From NCBI GenBank assembly GCA_949358305.1, contig OX442314.1, forward strand, positions 19,654,001 through 19,718,000: 64,000 nucleotides of DNA, written 5' to 3'. The translations under genes and the position numbers were made by a program. Below are positions 28,973 to 42,242 of the stretch, piece by piece. Position 1 is the first letter of the stretch; the number at the start of each line of letters is the position of its first letter. Source of the DNA: Strigamia acuminata. Its lineage: Eukaryota. The notes beneath the pieces were generated by a model. That model made no database searches, was not told where the DNA came from, and saw only the letters and a program-made list of their open reading frames with translations.

Positions 28973-31900
28973 TGCATTACCTAAACAACACGAAATTTTT
29001 CTGTTTTGTCAAGAATTTTCTTCAAGTTATTAATCACTTTTTTATTATTTGAAAATTCAAATTTTAAGCGTATGCATTAATAAGATATACACCTTGGATC
29101 ATTGACATTTGACCCACATGGCCGTTAAGGAAAAATCTTTTCTTTTATTTACATTTTTTTTGTGTGTGTGTGTGTGAGTTTAAGAAAAATCCTCGTTGCT
29201 TTTGTCAAAGTGTTTTCTTGTCCCTTATCTGTTTTTTTAAAGCCAACTTTTGTGTGTTCAAAAAGCTTGAAGGAAGGAAAGAAGTAATCTTTTTAAAGAG
29301 CTAACATCACATGTGCTACTAGAGGTTATTGACAAGAATGTCAAGAATTGTATTTAAGGTGAAGCTGGAATTTGAGGAACCATTCATTTTACTCGCTATT
29401 TATTTTTATGCAAGTCAGATAAATTTCTTGTCAAATTGGATTGAGTCATTCTAATTTTTCAATGAGATTACACGAGCGATTGCTATACGCGCCATATTTG
29501 GCCAGGCTTCAATTTAGGCCCTGATATTAAACATCAAAAGGGTTGTCAAACACACAAAAGTTATTTTTTTTATTCTTGAAAAGATAAAAACATGTCTCAA
29601 AGGTATTTATTTATTTTTTAATATGCAGTAGACGAAATGAACCATAAAGTGTATTGACATTCCAAATCAAAATGCTTTTTGCATTAACATTAAATTACCC
29701 TCTGCGTAAATGTAAAATAATGTGTAATTAAATATGAGCATTTTTTTTTCTGCCCGAATTTAATTATAAGTTTAGAAAGCGCATTAGAAACTAGTTATTA
29801 AATTAAAAAATATTTATAGCTGTAATTTTTCAGCATTATTATAAATTATATAAATAAATTTGAAAGAAGAAGGGAAAAAAAAGTCTTTTAACCTTCTTTT
29901 CAAGTCTAACTGCCATGTAGTAAAAATTGTATAAAAGGGGATCTCTTTTTGTTGTAATGCAACTCCACCTCTCTCAACTCATGTCAAAAGATTCATTCTA
30001 CCCTTAACCCCCTCTTTTCTGGTTTTACCCCCAACCACAAGCGCAGTGCCCTGACTAAAGCTCTTGAAGACTATTTGAATTATGGCCATACATGTGCCCT
30101 GCTGGAGGCCATACCAATGGCAGACCTCCTACCTCACTTCCTTTAACAACATCACCATCTTCGTTGCTGCCTCTTGAAGGAGACCATCCCCTTTATTCAA
30201 GTAAACATTAGGTTTGTTTCTAAGATGAGCTTTATGCCCATGTTTATGAGCTAGTTTGTGTCAAAATGGCCGCCGTATATAGTAGGCAATGTGAAAAAGG
30301 GGCCATAAAATGGAGAGATTGCTGTGAAGGATGAAAATAGTTTGGGGAAAAAAGGGTTACTTTTGGGTCAATGGAGATTTTGAATGGGCCTGGAATTGAC
30401 TGTCAATGGTTGGTCGTGTGTGCAAGAAAACAAAATATTTAAATTTTATTATACAAGTTTAAAAAACAAGTAAATTGGTTTTTATTTTCGTTTGAGCTCA
30501 TTTTGTTGACTTGGAGTTGTGTTTTGAGCTCATTAAGTGATTATTTGAATACAAGTAGCCGGTGAAAGCAAATGCAGGTTGCTTCAGATTGAATTAAGTT
30601 GTTTTTAAAACTTTTGGATTGAGAATGCAAAACTAGTTTGTACAAATGTTCCAGCAAATGACGATGACGAGTCTTATGAAGAAAATAGTTGCCATGACAG
30701 CTCTCGCAAATGGAGTAGAAAATTACAAGTAAGGAGAGGCGGTGGTAAGAGATGTGAATTAAATCGCCCCTTTTTTTATTGCTACCATAGCAACAACGCA
30801 GTTGTCATGGTTGCAGCGATAAATAGAGTACAAAGAATCTGAGTTATGCTTCCAAGGGGCTTTTATGTGATTACAAGTTTGAAGATTGCCATTTGTTTTC
30901 TTATTTTTTTTTGTTCCTCTGCGTTTTATTTTCTAAAAACAATTTAAATGCTGAAAATAATGAGATTAACATCAGAGCGTTTTTTGTTTCTATTTTGTGC
31001 GATTAAAAAGCGGGTTTATACCAGTTTAAGTGACGAGAGCATTTGTGCGGTTGCTATGGTGACAGCTTTTATCGAGGGGATTGTAGCACATCTGCTACAG
31101 TTGCATTATATCAGGCAAGCAGAAACAAGGTTGAAAAGGATCTGGCATGGCAACATTAGCTTTGGATGTCACGGTTTGGGGTGCAAGATGGTGGAGTGGG
31201 GTTGCAGCCTTACAGGGCATGGGCTGGATGACGTCATAAAATGATGGCGTCATTCAAAATAGCAATACACATTTTTATGTGAGGTAAAGTGCAGTGAGAT
31301 GTGACAGAGCAATTTCAAGAATTCAATATACTTGGAGCATTTGAACTAGCATTTATCACTCATGCGACTAATTTTTTTTTTGTATGAAATATTTTTGCTG
31401 ATGTGTCATGTTTAAGTGTCAAGTTTCTTTGTTTGTTGCTGGTGTACTTGTACGTTTAATTGGATATTGTTTATGACTGCTAATTGTTATTTGTTGGAGG
31501 TCGAGGGAAGGTTTTCAGGTCAAACGAGTGTTAGTTCTCATTTAAAAAAAAAAAAAAAAGGTGTCTTCAAATGTTTGTTTATTTAGCGTTTATTTAGCCG
31601 GTTTTTTTTTTCTATGTTGGCGGAAAAATAAATTTTCGGTTTTCATAGTCAACAAACGAGAATTTCTGTGAATTTTTTTTTCTTTGAAATTCAATTTCAA
31701 CCTCAAAATTGTAACAAAAAAAAACGGGTCGTATATTCACGTGTTAGTTTGCACGCATCAGGTTTTTTTTTTTTAAATTAATAATTTATCCTGTGTGTGA
31801 TAATAAACCGGAATAAGTTAATTGCACGTTGAGTGAGTTTGTAAGAATTGTAAAATTGTGGCCGAGTTTGAAAAATGGTGAAAGTCAAAGTCGAAAGGTG

Positions 31901-34740
31901 ATATTAAAATTTAAGGTGTTTGCAGTATTGTTGTAATAGGATCCCGTATAATGGCCGCTCATTGTGATATTAGTGAAATGTGCAGCTCGTAACATTAGCA
32001 GAAGGGGAGAAATGACAACATGTGGCCTCCTTTTCCTTCCTCAACGTGGATCGATGCAATTTGCTGAGGAGAAAACAAGAGGCAAGCATTATACGGAAGG
32101 GAGTTAAAAATTTTACACTAAAACACTATCATTAGGCCCATTTTCAAACGAATAAAATATAAAACATTTTGACTCGTAATTATGTATTTTTTTTATACAT
32201 ATTTGAGTTATTGACTTCAAATTTTCAGATTTGATCAATTTTACTCGTTTTTTAATATATATATATTTTTTTAAAAATAAAATTAATCAAAATACGGTTT
32301 TGACTTAATAATTCATCCACGTGTGCAACGAGGTCGTTCAATTGCATGTTGGGCAATAATGAGGAGTGTCCCCGGATGTAGAAAGGAAATGAAACAAATA
32401 TTTGAATTTACTAAACACAACTAATTTAAAATGATGAAAAGTGTGCGTGAGTACATATTTTTCTTTAAATCCATTATTTTTCTAGCATAAAACGGAATAT
32501 TCCTACGATACAATGCGCCATCAATTTTTTTACTATGCAATTCAACTCCAAACCTTTAATTGAGTCTTAATAACAATCATAAAAGAAAACCAGGGAGGAG
32601 TAGGAAAGGGGAAACTCGAAAAGCATTGAAAAAGTGTTTTGATCGCGTACTGCCAGACCTTTATGTTGTTTCCATGGCAACAAGAGAATCTTCTATCTAT
32701 ATCCATCTCTAGGGACTTTATAGGTTGAAACAAGGGTCACTGACTAAATCATCACCTATGGTTCATGCGATGGGTCCTACGCCCAGCAATTAGGATAAAT
32801 TATTGTCGGTAATTATAGTGAGGTGACAGAAGGAAAAGCATTGGCCCATATGATATTAATGAGTGAATTTTCCCACACTTCCATTTTCTCCTTTCTCTAT
32901 GATAAATAGAATGTATAGAGATGACAGGTGTGTGCAACCACACTTCTGATAAGCTCCATATTTCACACCTGTCACTCTTTGCAAAAGAGAATTGTGATAT
33001 GGTTTTGTAATTACTCTCACCTGGGGCATTCGAGTCTGTCAATTAGTGACAATTGCCTTTTTTTTTTATTAACCGAATAAGAAATATATAATAGGCCTAT
33101 TTTATGGAAATGGGGGAAAAAAAGTTTAATCGATTTTTATTTTCGTTGGATTTATTTTCGTCGAGTGGAACGTGGATGGGATGTAATATCCTGCAGATTA
33201 ACGAGATTTATATATAAAAACGATGGCATAAAATTTAAAAAAAATAATTGATATCGTTGCAATTGATGTTAGCTGATAAGCTAGGAGCTCGGGATTAGGC
33301 TTATTGCCAAGTTGCAAGTTTTCTATAACATTGCAACTGAATAATGAGCTTATTTTAGTCGCAGTTAAATCCCTGTAGTAATTTTCATTTTTAATCTAGA
33401 CGAGATTTCCATTTGTGCGTGTAGTGCAATTAAGCGGTGGCGTAAAGACCAAAGCCCATTTGCAAGTCGAACACATTCTACATTTGTAAAGGAGAAATGT
33501 CTTTCTCCTTCCTTTTCAATCCATTGTGTGATAAAAAATGCCTTGGCTTTGTGCCCCTCCTTGGGGTTCCTCGAGGCAGAGTTTAACAGGTCAGCAGCCA
33601 CTCTGGATGTGACTTCCGCTCTTGTCACCTTATGACTCGCCCACTACCACAGTGGCATCCTAATGGCTTGGCTTTGCCACTCGGAATTACACATTAACCT
33701 TGGGCCACAGGTTATACGAGGTATTTTACCACCAGAGAAAGTGCCACTCAATGAGTATAAAAGACATTTTTGGCAAATAGACAAGAATCACAAGCTTATA
33801 CTTTCTCCGACGAACATTTTGGCAATTTGTGTTTCGGCTTTTGGTGACAGGTTTAACGACTTGAATTAGACTAACGTTTATCGATCTCCTTCTCCTTATT
33901 AAAAGATAAATGGATAAACGCTGTTCGAAATGTTTTCTTCTGCGTCAAGTTTGTTTTAAATTCAAATTCTTGTTGTTTTGGTCGATTAAAATCAAAGAAT
34001 TTTATTTTATTTTTGTTTTTTGGTTTTTTTTTATTTTTTATTGCTTGGCTACTCTGGCAACTCTGGCTGATTACAATAATAACGTGAAAGTGAGCAGTTG
34101 AGTGAATTTGAATCAAGAAGGAAATTGAAATTGTTGTTGTTATTGTTATGTGGGGGCGCAATGGTTGCAGAGAATGTAATTAGCTTTCATGTAGCTTTTA
34201 AGCGTGTAATTCTCTTGCTTTTTTTCGTGTCTTTTCTCGTATCGAGTGTCGTTGTTAGTTAGTGCTGCTTTAGTATAATGGAAATTAGGTATTCTCGTTT
34301 TGAGATTGTTACCTAACGTAAAGATACACGATATAATATTATGTTTCTAAGTTTTGAGGATGAAATGAAACTATACAGAACTTTTTCTTCTTCAAATATT
34401 TGTATTAAATGAACCAATGAATCGACATTTTCGTTCAATGTCTACTCGACTAACCTTTTTGTCCAAATTAAAGTTATCAGTATTTACATAGTGATTGCCA
34501 TGTGTGTGCTCACTTGTATGTAACAATCAACAGATAAACAAAAAAAGGCAAGCATATTTGTTTAGGCAGCTTGCCAAAAGATGGAGACGTTTTGCCAATA
34601 AAAAAAAAAGAAAAAAGAAAAGTCATTTAGATGTTGAACCGTACACCATTTAAACACTCAATTTTAAGCTTGTGTCAGTTCCAACCCATGTCGTGTTTTT
34701 TGCGCCAGTGGGATGGATAATGTGATATATATTGGCCCCA

Positions 34741-34764
34741 TTGTTGTTGTTGTTGTTGTTGTTG
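34741..34764. repeat. (TTG)n microsatellite
   Basis: Eight tandem TTG units. Confidence 0.85.
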
Positions 34765-35062
34765 GTGAATTGGGCATTTTTTATTTAGTTCTTTATTTTT
34801 TTGCAATAAATTAGAAAATAAAAATAAAAGTATTAACCTTTTTAAAAATTAAAACTTGCTTTTGGAGCCAGTAAATTGGTTTTTATTTTTTGTATGATTT
34901 CATTATTTGAAGAGGAAAAAAGGAAGAAAAAAAAAGAATTATAGATCATTAAAATCTATTTTCTGAAACTTACTTTTTATTGCGATCTTTTTCTTCTTTC
35001 AACTGGTTTTATGGTGTATAAAATTTAACACTTTTTTTTTTTTTTTACAAATTATTTTATAG

Positions 35063-35168
35063 AGTAAAAAGGGGACGTTGATGGTAAGCGTGAAATGGTA
35101 CTACAGGCCATCTGAAGTTCCAGATTCCGTTTATCAATTGTTGGTCCAAGACAGGAACACCGAAAATG
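35063..35168 (+). CDS. RERE: Atrophin/RERE coding exon 3 (BAH), 106 nt
   Basis: ttttatag acceptor; [35 protein letters not shown], similar to [30 protein letters not shown]; donor GTAATT, phase 1. Confidence 0.95.
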
Positions 35169-36386
35169 GTAATTTAAGCTTTCATTTCAATACGGGACGT
35201 CTGAAAAAAAAATGTATACACATTTATTTAATTTTATGTATATTCTCTATTTTTATTTTTATTTATATTTATTTTTATTCCAAATGTGTATAGATTTTTT
35301 TGCGACACCCCGAGTTACTTAATAATTGCATTGTCGTCGAACCGAAACCGAAACACTCAAAATTTGTTTCAAGAATTGTTTGTTTTAATGCTGCAGCGTG
35401 ATGTCTCAATGTAAAGTACTATCATTAAAGTTTAATGAGCTAAAACGCTTTTCCTCCTCAATTTTTCCTGCTTTGAAATTATTAGTTACTGAAATCATAA
35501 CTATTCTTATATTTAAATGTTAGATATATTATTATAATTAGCATTTCTTCATACATTAGTTTAAATGAGGAAACGGTCATTAACTTATGCTTTGCGGTAG
35601 CAATTAATAGGTAAAAAACAAATGACAAGAAGCATGTATAAAGCTGATTTTTAATGACGAAAGCATTTGGACCGGTCAGCATTTGTGTCTAAAAAGGAGA
35701 AAATAAAAGGAGCTGCCCGATTAAATATGGACCAATGAGAAAGCGCTTTGCGTTTGCTGCGGGATTCGCACGTAATGGCCGTCCGTGTTGAGTCGTCGAG
35801 TCAATAATGAGGGTGTAGTGTTTTTGGAGATGTGGAATATTGTACAGTTTTTAGCTGGGTTTGCCGCCGCATCTTGAAATCTAGTAACGCTTATAATTTC
35901 CAAGGACCTCGGATTAAGGGAATGAATCCCACACATTGATGGGTGAGTGAGTGATGTTTAATGGGGGCGCTTCTTTTCTCCACTCTTTATGGTTTTTCTG
36001 TTGTTGATTATTTCCGATCTTCATTTTCCTCTTGCGCTTAAACATGTAATTTCGTGCAATCAATACGGTACCGCAGATTTTTAACATTAACGCACTGTAC
36101 GATGGTTTTATAACGAGTATACGCGCACTGTTTACATTTTAATAATTTATTTCGTTTTATCTGATTGATATTGACAATACCGGAAGATAATATTTTTTTG
36201 ATAATTAAGATAAGGAAAAAAAAAACAAATTACAGATTTTAGAAATGCGGGAAAAATGTGCCGGTGATCGATTTGTTGTTGGCAACTGTTCATCAAATAT
36301 TTGCTTTGTTGAAATTTGTTATTTATTTTTCTAATTACAAATGTGTTATTAAAATTAAGATTTGTTTTTTTTATTTTTCCTTTCAG

Positions 36387-36483
36387 AATCAGGGAAAAAT
36401 TTAATTGTTAAGGATCCTGTTGTGAAAGCTAGAGAATTGTTTATTTCTGATGCTACTGATACGTACCCAGTGTCAACTTTAAG
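36387..36483 (+). CDS. RERE: Atrophin/RERE coding exon 4 (BAH), 97 nt
   Basis: tttcag acceptor; (E)SGKNLIVKDPVVKARELFISDATDTYPVSTL(R) with the BAH RELFIS motif; donor GTACGT, phase 2. Confidence 0.95.
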
Positions 36484-36726
36484 GTACGTAAACTGAATCC
36501 CCAGCAAAAAGCTATAATTTTTTTCTTACAAGGTGCAGGGGAGTGGCTTCAACATTTGTTAATTTAATTACATGTGGATTCAAAAAGAAATTATATACCA
36601 TATCTCAAATATTTGTGTATATTTTTATGTTTAATTGTGTGGTTTTATTTATTTCCTGCAGTTAATGCTTTTTTTTAATTAGGGTTTTTTTTTTTTTTTT
36701 TTTTTTTTTTTTCCTTATAAATCTAG

Positions 36727-36880
36727 AGGCCAGTGTGACGTACATCATTATCAGGATATCTTTGCAGTAAAAGATTTCCTCCCGAAACCTGACAGTTTCT
36801 TCTACATTCTTGGCTATAACCCTGAAACCAGAAGGCTGGCGAGCACCCAGGGAGAGATTAGGGTTGGACCCAGCCATCAG
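36727..36880 (+). CDS. RERE: Atrophin/RERE coding exon 5 (end of BAH, start of ELM2), 154 nt
   Basis: Poly-T tract then ctag acceptor; (R)[51 protein letters not shown]; donor GTATAT, phase 0. Confidence 0.96.
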
Positions 36881-37257
36881 GTATATTAATAACTTAAAAG
36901 TGGAAAGATGAGATAAATCGAGGTTTAAGATGAATTAAAGACTTATGATGTTGAGTCATTTGACAGATAATATAAGATTAATAGAAACCTAAACTTACTT
37001 TGAATTGATAAGTCAGCTTGGCACTTAATTAAAAATAAATATTTAGTCAATTTCAGATATGCAGAAATTTTTTTTATTTCTGTTGATGGAATTTTAATTG
37101 ATTTTGTTGAATTGGGTCATTTTGTATTTAAAACAATAGCCGGATGCATATTTCTATTATTAAAAATAATTGAAATAACCAATTAAAATATGCAAACACT
37201 TTTTATTTGTTAAATATTTTTAATTAAATTAATTAATGTGTATTATTACGATTTAAG

Positions 37258-37388
37258 GCTCGCCTTCCCGAATATAAACCAAATGTTCATCCCGATGGAA
37301 TGCCCGAAAAGTGCCAGCAGTGGGAGGAAGTTCGATGGTTACCAGGCATGCCTGATTGTGACCTTCTTATGTACCTCAGAGCTGCCAG
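37258..37388 (+). CDS. RERE: Atrophin/RERE coding exon 6 (ELM2), 131 nt
   Basis: atttaag acceptor; ARLPEYKPNVHPDGMPEKCQQWEEVRWLPGMPDCDLLMYLRAA(R); donor AG|GTAAGA, phase 2. Confidence 0.93.
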
Positions 37389-38421
37389 GTAAGACGAATA
37401 TTATGCATAAATTGCCCACAAAAATAAAAAATAAAAATAAAAAAAGATTATAAAACCGATTTTTTTGATTTATTCAAGTGCTATCAGTAAATCTATTGAT
37501 TTCAATGCAGTTAAAGGTGTATTCAAAATGAAATACAATTCTTGAAAAATCAGGTTGAATCCTATTTATTTTTTGACGAGGTCAAGTTGGAGATCACAAC
37601 ATAATAGCTGTGTTTACAAACGAAAACCTTTATTTTTTCGGCAATCCTATTGTATTGTAATTTAGAAAGGAAAAAAAAATGAAGATGTTATGTCGGTAGA
37701 TAATCTTGTGCATTTTTTTTCTCCACAATATTGCTTTTGTCCTGTCGTCATCTGACTCTTTCTTCCGTCCTCCCTCGTGCATATCTAGATGACAGTCACA
37801 CGTGAAAGGTTCCACAAACTGTTGGTTGTGCTTGAGAGCTTCCCCTTGCATTCACACAATTCAGAGAGGGATGCGGGGGCGGTAATCTGAAGGAGTAGGT
37901 GGAGAATCACCTTTCGAGAATCATGAGAGAAAGGGGGTCAGTTAGGTTTGTGCTTGTGGGAAGCCATTGTGAATAAATTAACGGGCTTTTTGGAAATTTT
38001 TTTTTAACTAAATATTTTGCGGTGTGCTCCAATTAACTGAAGGTACCAATGGTTTCACCAATCAATTTTGTCATGTCGCTGTTGAGAACGTTCTCTGCGT
38101 TTTCTTTTGTTTGATGTTTAAGTGGAGGGATCATGAGGGTGGGAAACTGCGGGTTGGAATATGGATTTTTTCTTCTTTTTCTAGTAAAAGGGGAGGTTGG
38201 AGTTAATCACGCTAGAAAATGTATGGAAAAAATAAAATATTGGTTTTAGTCGAAAGTTATCTTCTTTTTTTCTTCTTTTTGTTTTCTTTTTTTTTTTATC
38301 CTGTGAGAAATTTATTTAATTCTTTTAGGTTGGTGGTTCATATAAATCATAATTTGTTGGAAATCTGGCTTTTGTCCTGTAATTATTTTCACATTAATGA
38401 TTCGTTTTTGTCTAATTTTAG

Positions 38422-38521
38422 GAGCATGGCTGCGTTTGCAGGGATGTGTGACGGCGGTTCAGCAGACGATGGCTGTTTGGCTGCTTCTCGTGATGATACG
38501 ACTATCAATGCCATGGATATT
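38422..38521 (+). CDS. RERE: Atrophin/RERE coding exon 7 (ELM2), 100 nt
   Basis: ctaattttag acceptor; (R)[33 protein letters not shown], an atrophin-diagnostic motif; donor GTAAGT, phase 0. Confidence 0.97.
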
Positions 38522-40599
38522 GTAAGTTTTAAGCAGGCAGTTGTGTGTATTCAACAGTAGCCGCATTCAAAAAGTCGTGTTGCAATTTTTTTTAGGTGTT
38601 TTTGTTTTTTGATGTTAAAATATAGTAAAACAAAAACAAACAACAACATTGCGACTTTTTGAAGGCATTGCATTTTATTTTGCAAAATTTTGCAGAATGT
38701 CTGGAGATTCTCAGCTTAGGGCGCTATGCAAGGTTGATTTTCTGTCGAGTAAACTTAATTATTGACTTTCTTTGCATTTTACAAGAAGTAAAACTTTGTT
38801 ATTTTTAGCACTAGTGTCAACAATATGTCAATAATTATATGGAAACGCGCGTTTTAAACTTGTTTTTGCTTTTTAATTAATTTTTTTAACTTAAACGTTT
38901 TAAGTTGTTACGCGTAGCAACCGAATGTTACATTGCCAGGCACCAGCCGCATACACTATAAATGTGGTAGTAATAATTTATTTAGTCTTACGGTTGACAA
39001 GTACTGGCATTTTATTTTCCTGTTTTTTGTTAAGCCTGACCTTCCGATGCATAAATTTGAGCTTATGTTGACCCTGGATTGTACGCTGGGAATAAAACGT
39101 GGTGGCTTTTGGTCTTTGATTTTATGCGTGGAAATTAGTCTTAGTTGTAGGTTTTGCATGCAAAATGGCGGATGTGATGAATATGTAATGCAATTTGTGT
39201 AAGCTGCGGTGCGGTTTGGAGGTAATAAGAGTTTGGTAAATAATAAAATTTACGTGGGTATGAGTCAGAAAAGAAATCAGATTTGGTAATGGAGGTCGAG
39301 ACTTGTGGGGGAAGTCGATTAGATTTGCAATTTTTTTTTTAAAAAATCCTATTTTTAAAATGCGCGAGTTTGGGGTGGCGAAAACATTGAGTAGAAGCGT
39401 TAGCTTGGTTGGAAAATAAGTAAAAGTTTATTCGTTAGTGGGTGATAGTTGGGGTTGAATTTGAATGAAAAGATACGGACAATATAATTGAAAGCCTTTC
39501 TTCAGTCTCATTTCATGGACAGTTTTTGAAGTGCGTAAAAGGAGAAAATGAGGTGGAGTTAAATGCACACTTGGTACAATGTGCTTTATGTGCATGTTCT
39601 GACACCCAATTTCATCGTTGGAAACAAGTGAGGCACGAGAGAAAGAAGAAGGAAAAAAAGTTTTTGGGATTTTGCCAGGCACCGAGGGGATTTGCTTTTT
39701 ATTTTTCTCAATCTCTTACGTTTCCATCTTGTCAAAGACTCAAATGGAAGCACGAGGCAACAGGAAATGTTGGGAATTCTTTTTAGATGAAATTTGGATT
39801 AGAGATAACGAGAAATATGGTTTGTGGGGGGGATTTGGAATAAGAAAAATAGATTTAAATTTGCGCCATTTCGCTAATTTCATAATGAATGTTTGACGTG
39901 ATATTATCATCATTACGCAGCTGGAATAAAAACGAATAAAAATTGCAATATTTTTTTATGTTTTTATTTTTGTATAAATCATAAAAAGATGTGTTTGTGA
40001 TAAGGAAATATCATCCTTTTTTTTACTGGTGTCATTGCGTGTTAATATCAGTCATGTCTCAACAGTTTTTCTAGCGAAAACAACCATTCATTTTAAAGCT
40101 GTAGCCGGGCAACTATTCCAGATGGAATGAGAGCTTGTCTTTCGTTTTTAATATCGGAATGGATTCCACAGTGTCGTAAACGTGAAGAGACAAACAATAT
40201 TTTTTCTATCATGTAACTGCACATTGAAGCGGCAAACGGGTTTCAGTCATTAAAATCAAGGCTGCATGAGGAAAAAATGGCGGTCCGACAGTTTTATTTT
40301 ATTTTTATTATTTATTTTGATTGTAAAACGCTTAGGAAATGAGAAGTTATATTACCGTAGTTATATATCTCGAATTATTATTTTTCCTTGCGCGACATTG
40401 ACATTGGCATTATGACAAATCGTATGCGCTTATTTGATTTGTACGTAATAAAAGCGCTTATATAAGTATGATAATTTATAAAAACGGGAAGTTGTTAAAA
40501 GTTTTACTGTTGAATGATATCGGGGAGGAGTGGGGGAATTTTTTTTTCTGGTTTATTATTTTTAATTGTGAATTAAAAATGTTGTTGTAATCGTTTCAG

Positions 40600-40698
40600 C
40601 TGCATGCGAGCAATTACGACACTGGAAAAGCACTACAAGCTTTGGTTCGAAATCCCGTACCCAAAGGCGTGGATAAAAAGTGGACGGAAGACGAACAG
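40600..40698 (+). CDS. RERE: Atrophin/RERE coding exon 8 (end of ELM2, start of SANT), 99 nt
   Basis: tttcag acceptor; [33 protein letters not shown]; donor CAG|GTCAGT, phase 0. Confidence 0.96.
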
Positions 40699-41988
40699 GT
40701 CAGTGGCTTTTTAGTTTTTTGTTTATTTTTTGCTTTTTATTTCTTATCTTGGGAAATAAAATCTGTCGGGTTTTTTATTTTGTGCGGATGTTTTGATATT
40801 GTGGTTTCGTAGAATTGATTTATTGTAAAATTTGTACTAGCAGTCAGATTAAAATTGCAGTTAAACATGTGCAAACTGACTACGTAACTCAGCGCCATAT
40901 TTAAATTTTATTTGTGGAGTTAAATTACATTTGACAAATGCAAAAATCCAAATTTTCAACTCATCAATCATTACATTTTTATGCTTTACAATTTCAGAAC
41001 CAATAAAAGTATAAATAAAAATAATTCCGCAATAATAGCAATTGCACACAGCTTTTCGTTCAAGGTTGTATAAGCAGATGCTTAATGCAGCCCCAAATAT
41101 AATAGCTATTCTAGTTTATTACTTCCCCAATTGAAATCGTACAAATAAAAAAAAAACATTATAATCTATACTGTGTAATATATCGTGTTTTATTACGATG
41201 TTGGAAGTTCTAGCATAATTTCAAGTCACGCAATGCAAAATATTAGAAACATTCGTTTTTAGTGTGAAAATTTATACACACAAATTGTTGTGTATTTAAT
41301 TACATTTAAACATTTAAAGTGTCAAGTATTCCACCGATGTTTTTTCTGTAATGTTTCCACTTAGAGTATTTGTAGGTTAGTTTTCTTGCCTTCTCTTGCG
41401 ACCAAAAATCAATGAAATTTTGTCCTTGTAACGATCAGTCTCTCGTGTACAAATTTCCAAGGTTACTTAGCACTGGGGTTTCACTTGGGACTCAAGATAG
41501 TCCCTTCAGGACAAAGAGAAGCCGATGTTCGTGCGGTTGCTAAGATTTTTTTTCTTTCTGTTTTCTCTTTTAAAGGGAATAATAAACAAATATTTGACTT
41601 ACGAGTAGTTGAATTGATAACTCGTATGTTCGTGCGAGTTAAAAGGTAAACTTGGATTGGGTGGGAATTGATATTGAATGAAATGGTAGAATTTTTGTCG
41701 GCGGCTGAAAATAGAAATGCTGATAAAGAAAATGCACCAATCAGTATAAAATACAAAATTTTCTGGCGAGAATGAAAGAAAAATTAACTTGCTAAGCACA
41801 CTTTACAGAAATGTTTGTGAGAAACTGCCAATCAGCACAAAGTTGGTTGGCTCACACGGGTTTTAGTGCATTTCACAGCAGAAAAAAAATGTAATTTACT
41901 GTTCTTCAAATAATGGGAAAAGAATTAAATCACCTTTCGAAGAAAGCAGAAAGACAAACCGAATGAAAAGTTAATTTTTTGGTAAAAA

Positions 41989-42242
41989 TCGTATTTTATC
42001 TATTAAGAGCCGCGGCTCTTATTCAAAACTGTCATCTTTGTCAGCAATTACAATTTCGATTTTTCGTTTGTTACATTTGTTTAATGTAACAAACGAAGTC
42101 TGAATCGTCACGACCGAAGCGTACGTTCATCGTTCATGAGGTTAAATACGGAAACAATACCGTACTTTTGCAAAAATACGGTATTCTAGGTATCTCAGCC
42201 GCGGCTACAATTCGAGGGCGACTCTTAATCGGTAAAATACGT
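41989..42242. mobile_element. Tc2/pogo-type MITE, copy 2
   Basis: Same sequence and orientation as 17583-17819, with slightly decayed termini and a short internal insertion (tttaatgtaacaaacg); followed by TA. Confidence 0.85.

Noticed and set aside
23951..35062. Homologue of the extra vertebrate exon inside the BAH domain
   Set aside because: No frame-preserving exon with credible splice sites and similarity was found by eye; exons 2 and 3 join in frame directly.
17583..42242. MITE pair flanking exons 2-8 as drivers of circular RNA
   Set aside because: Copies are in direct orientation; only ~20-30 bp termini could cross-pair and these would pair within each element first.
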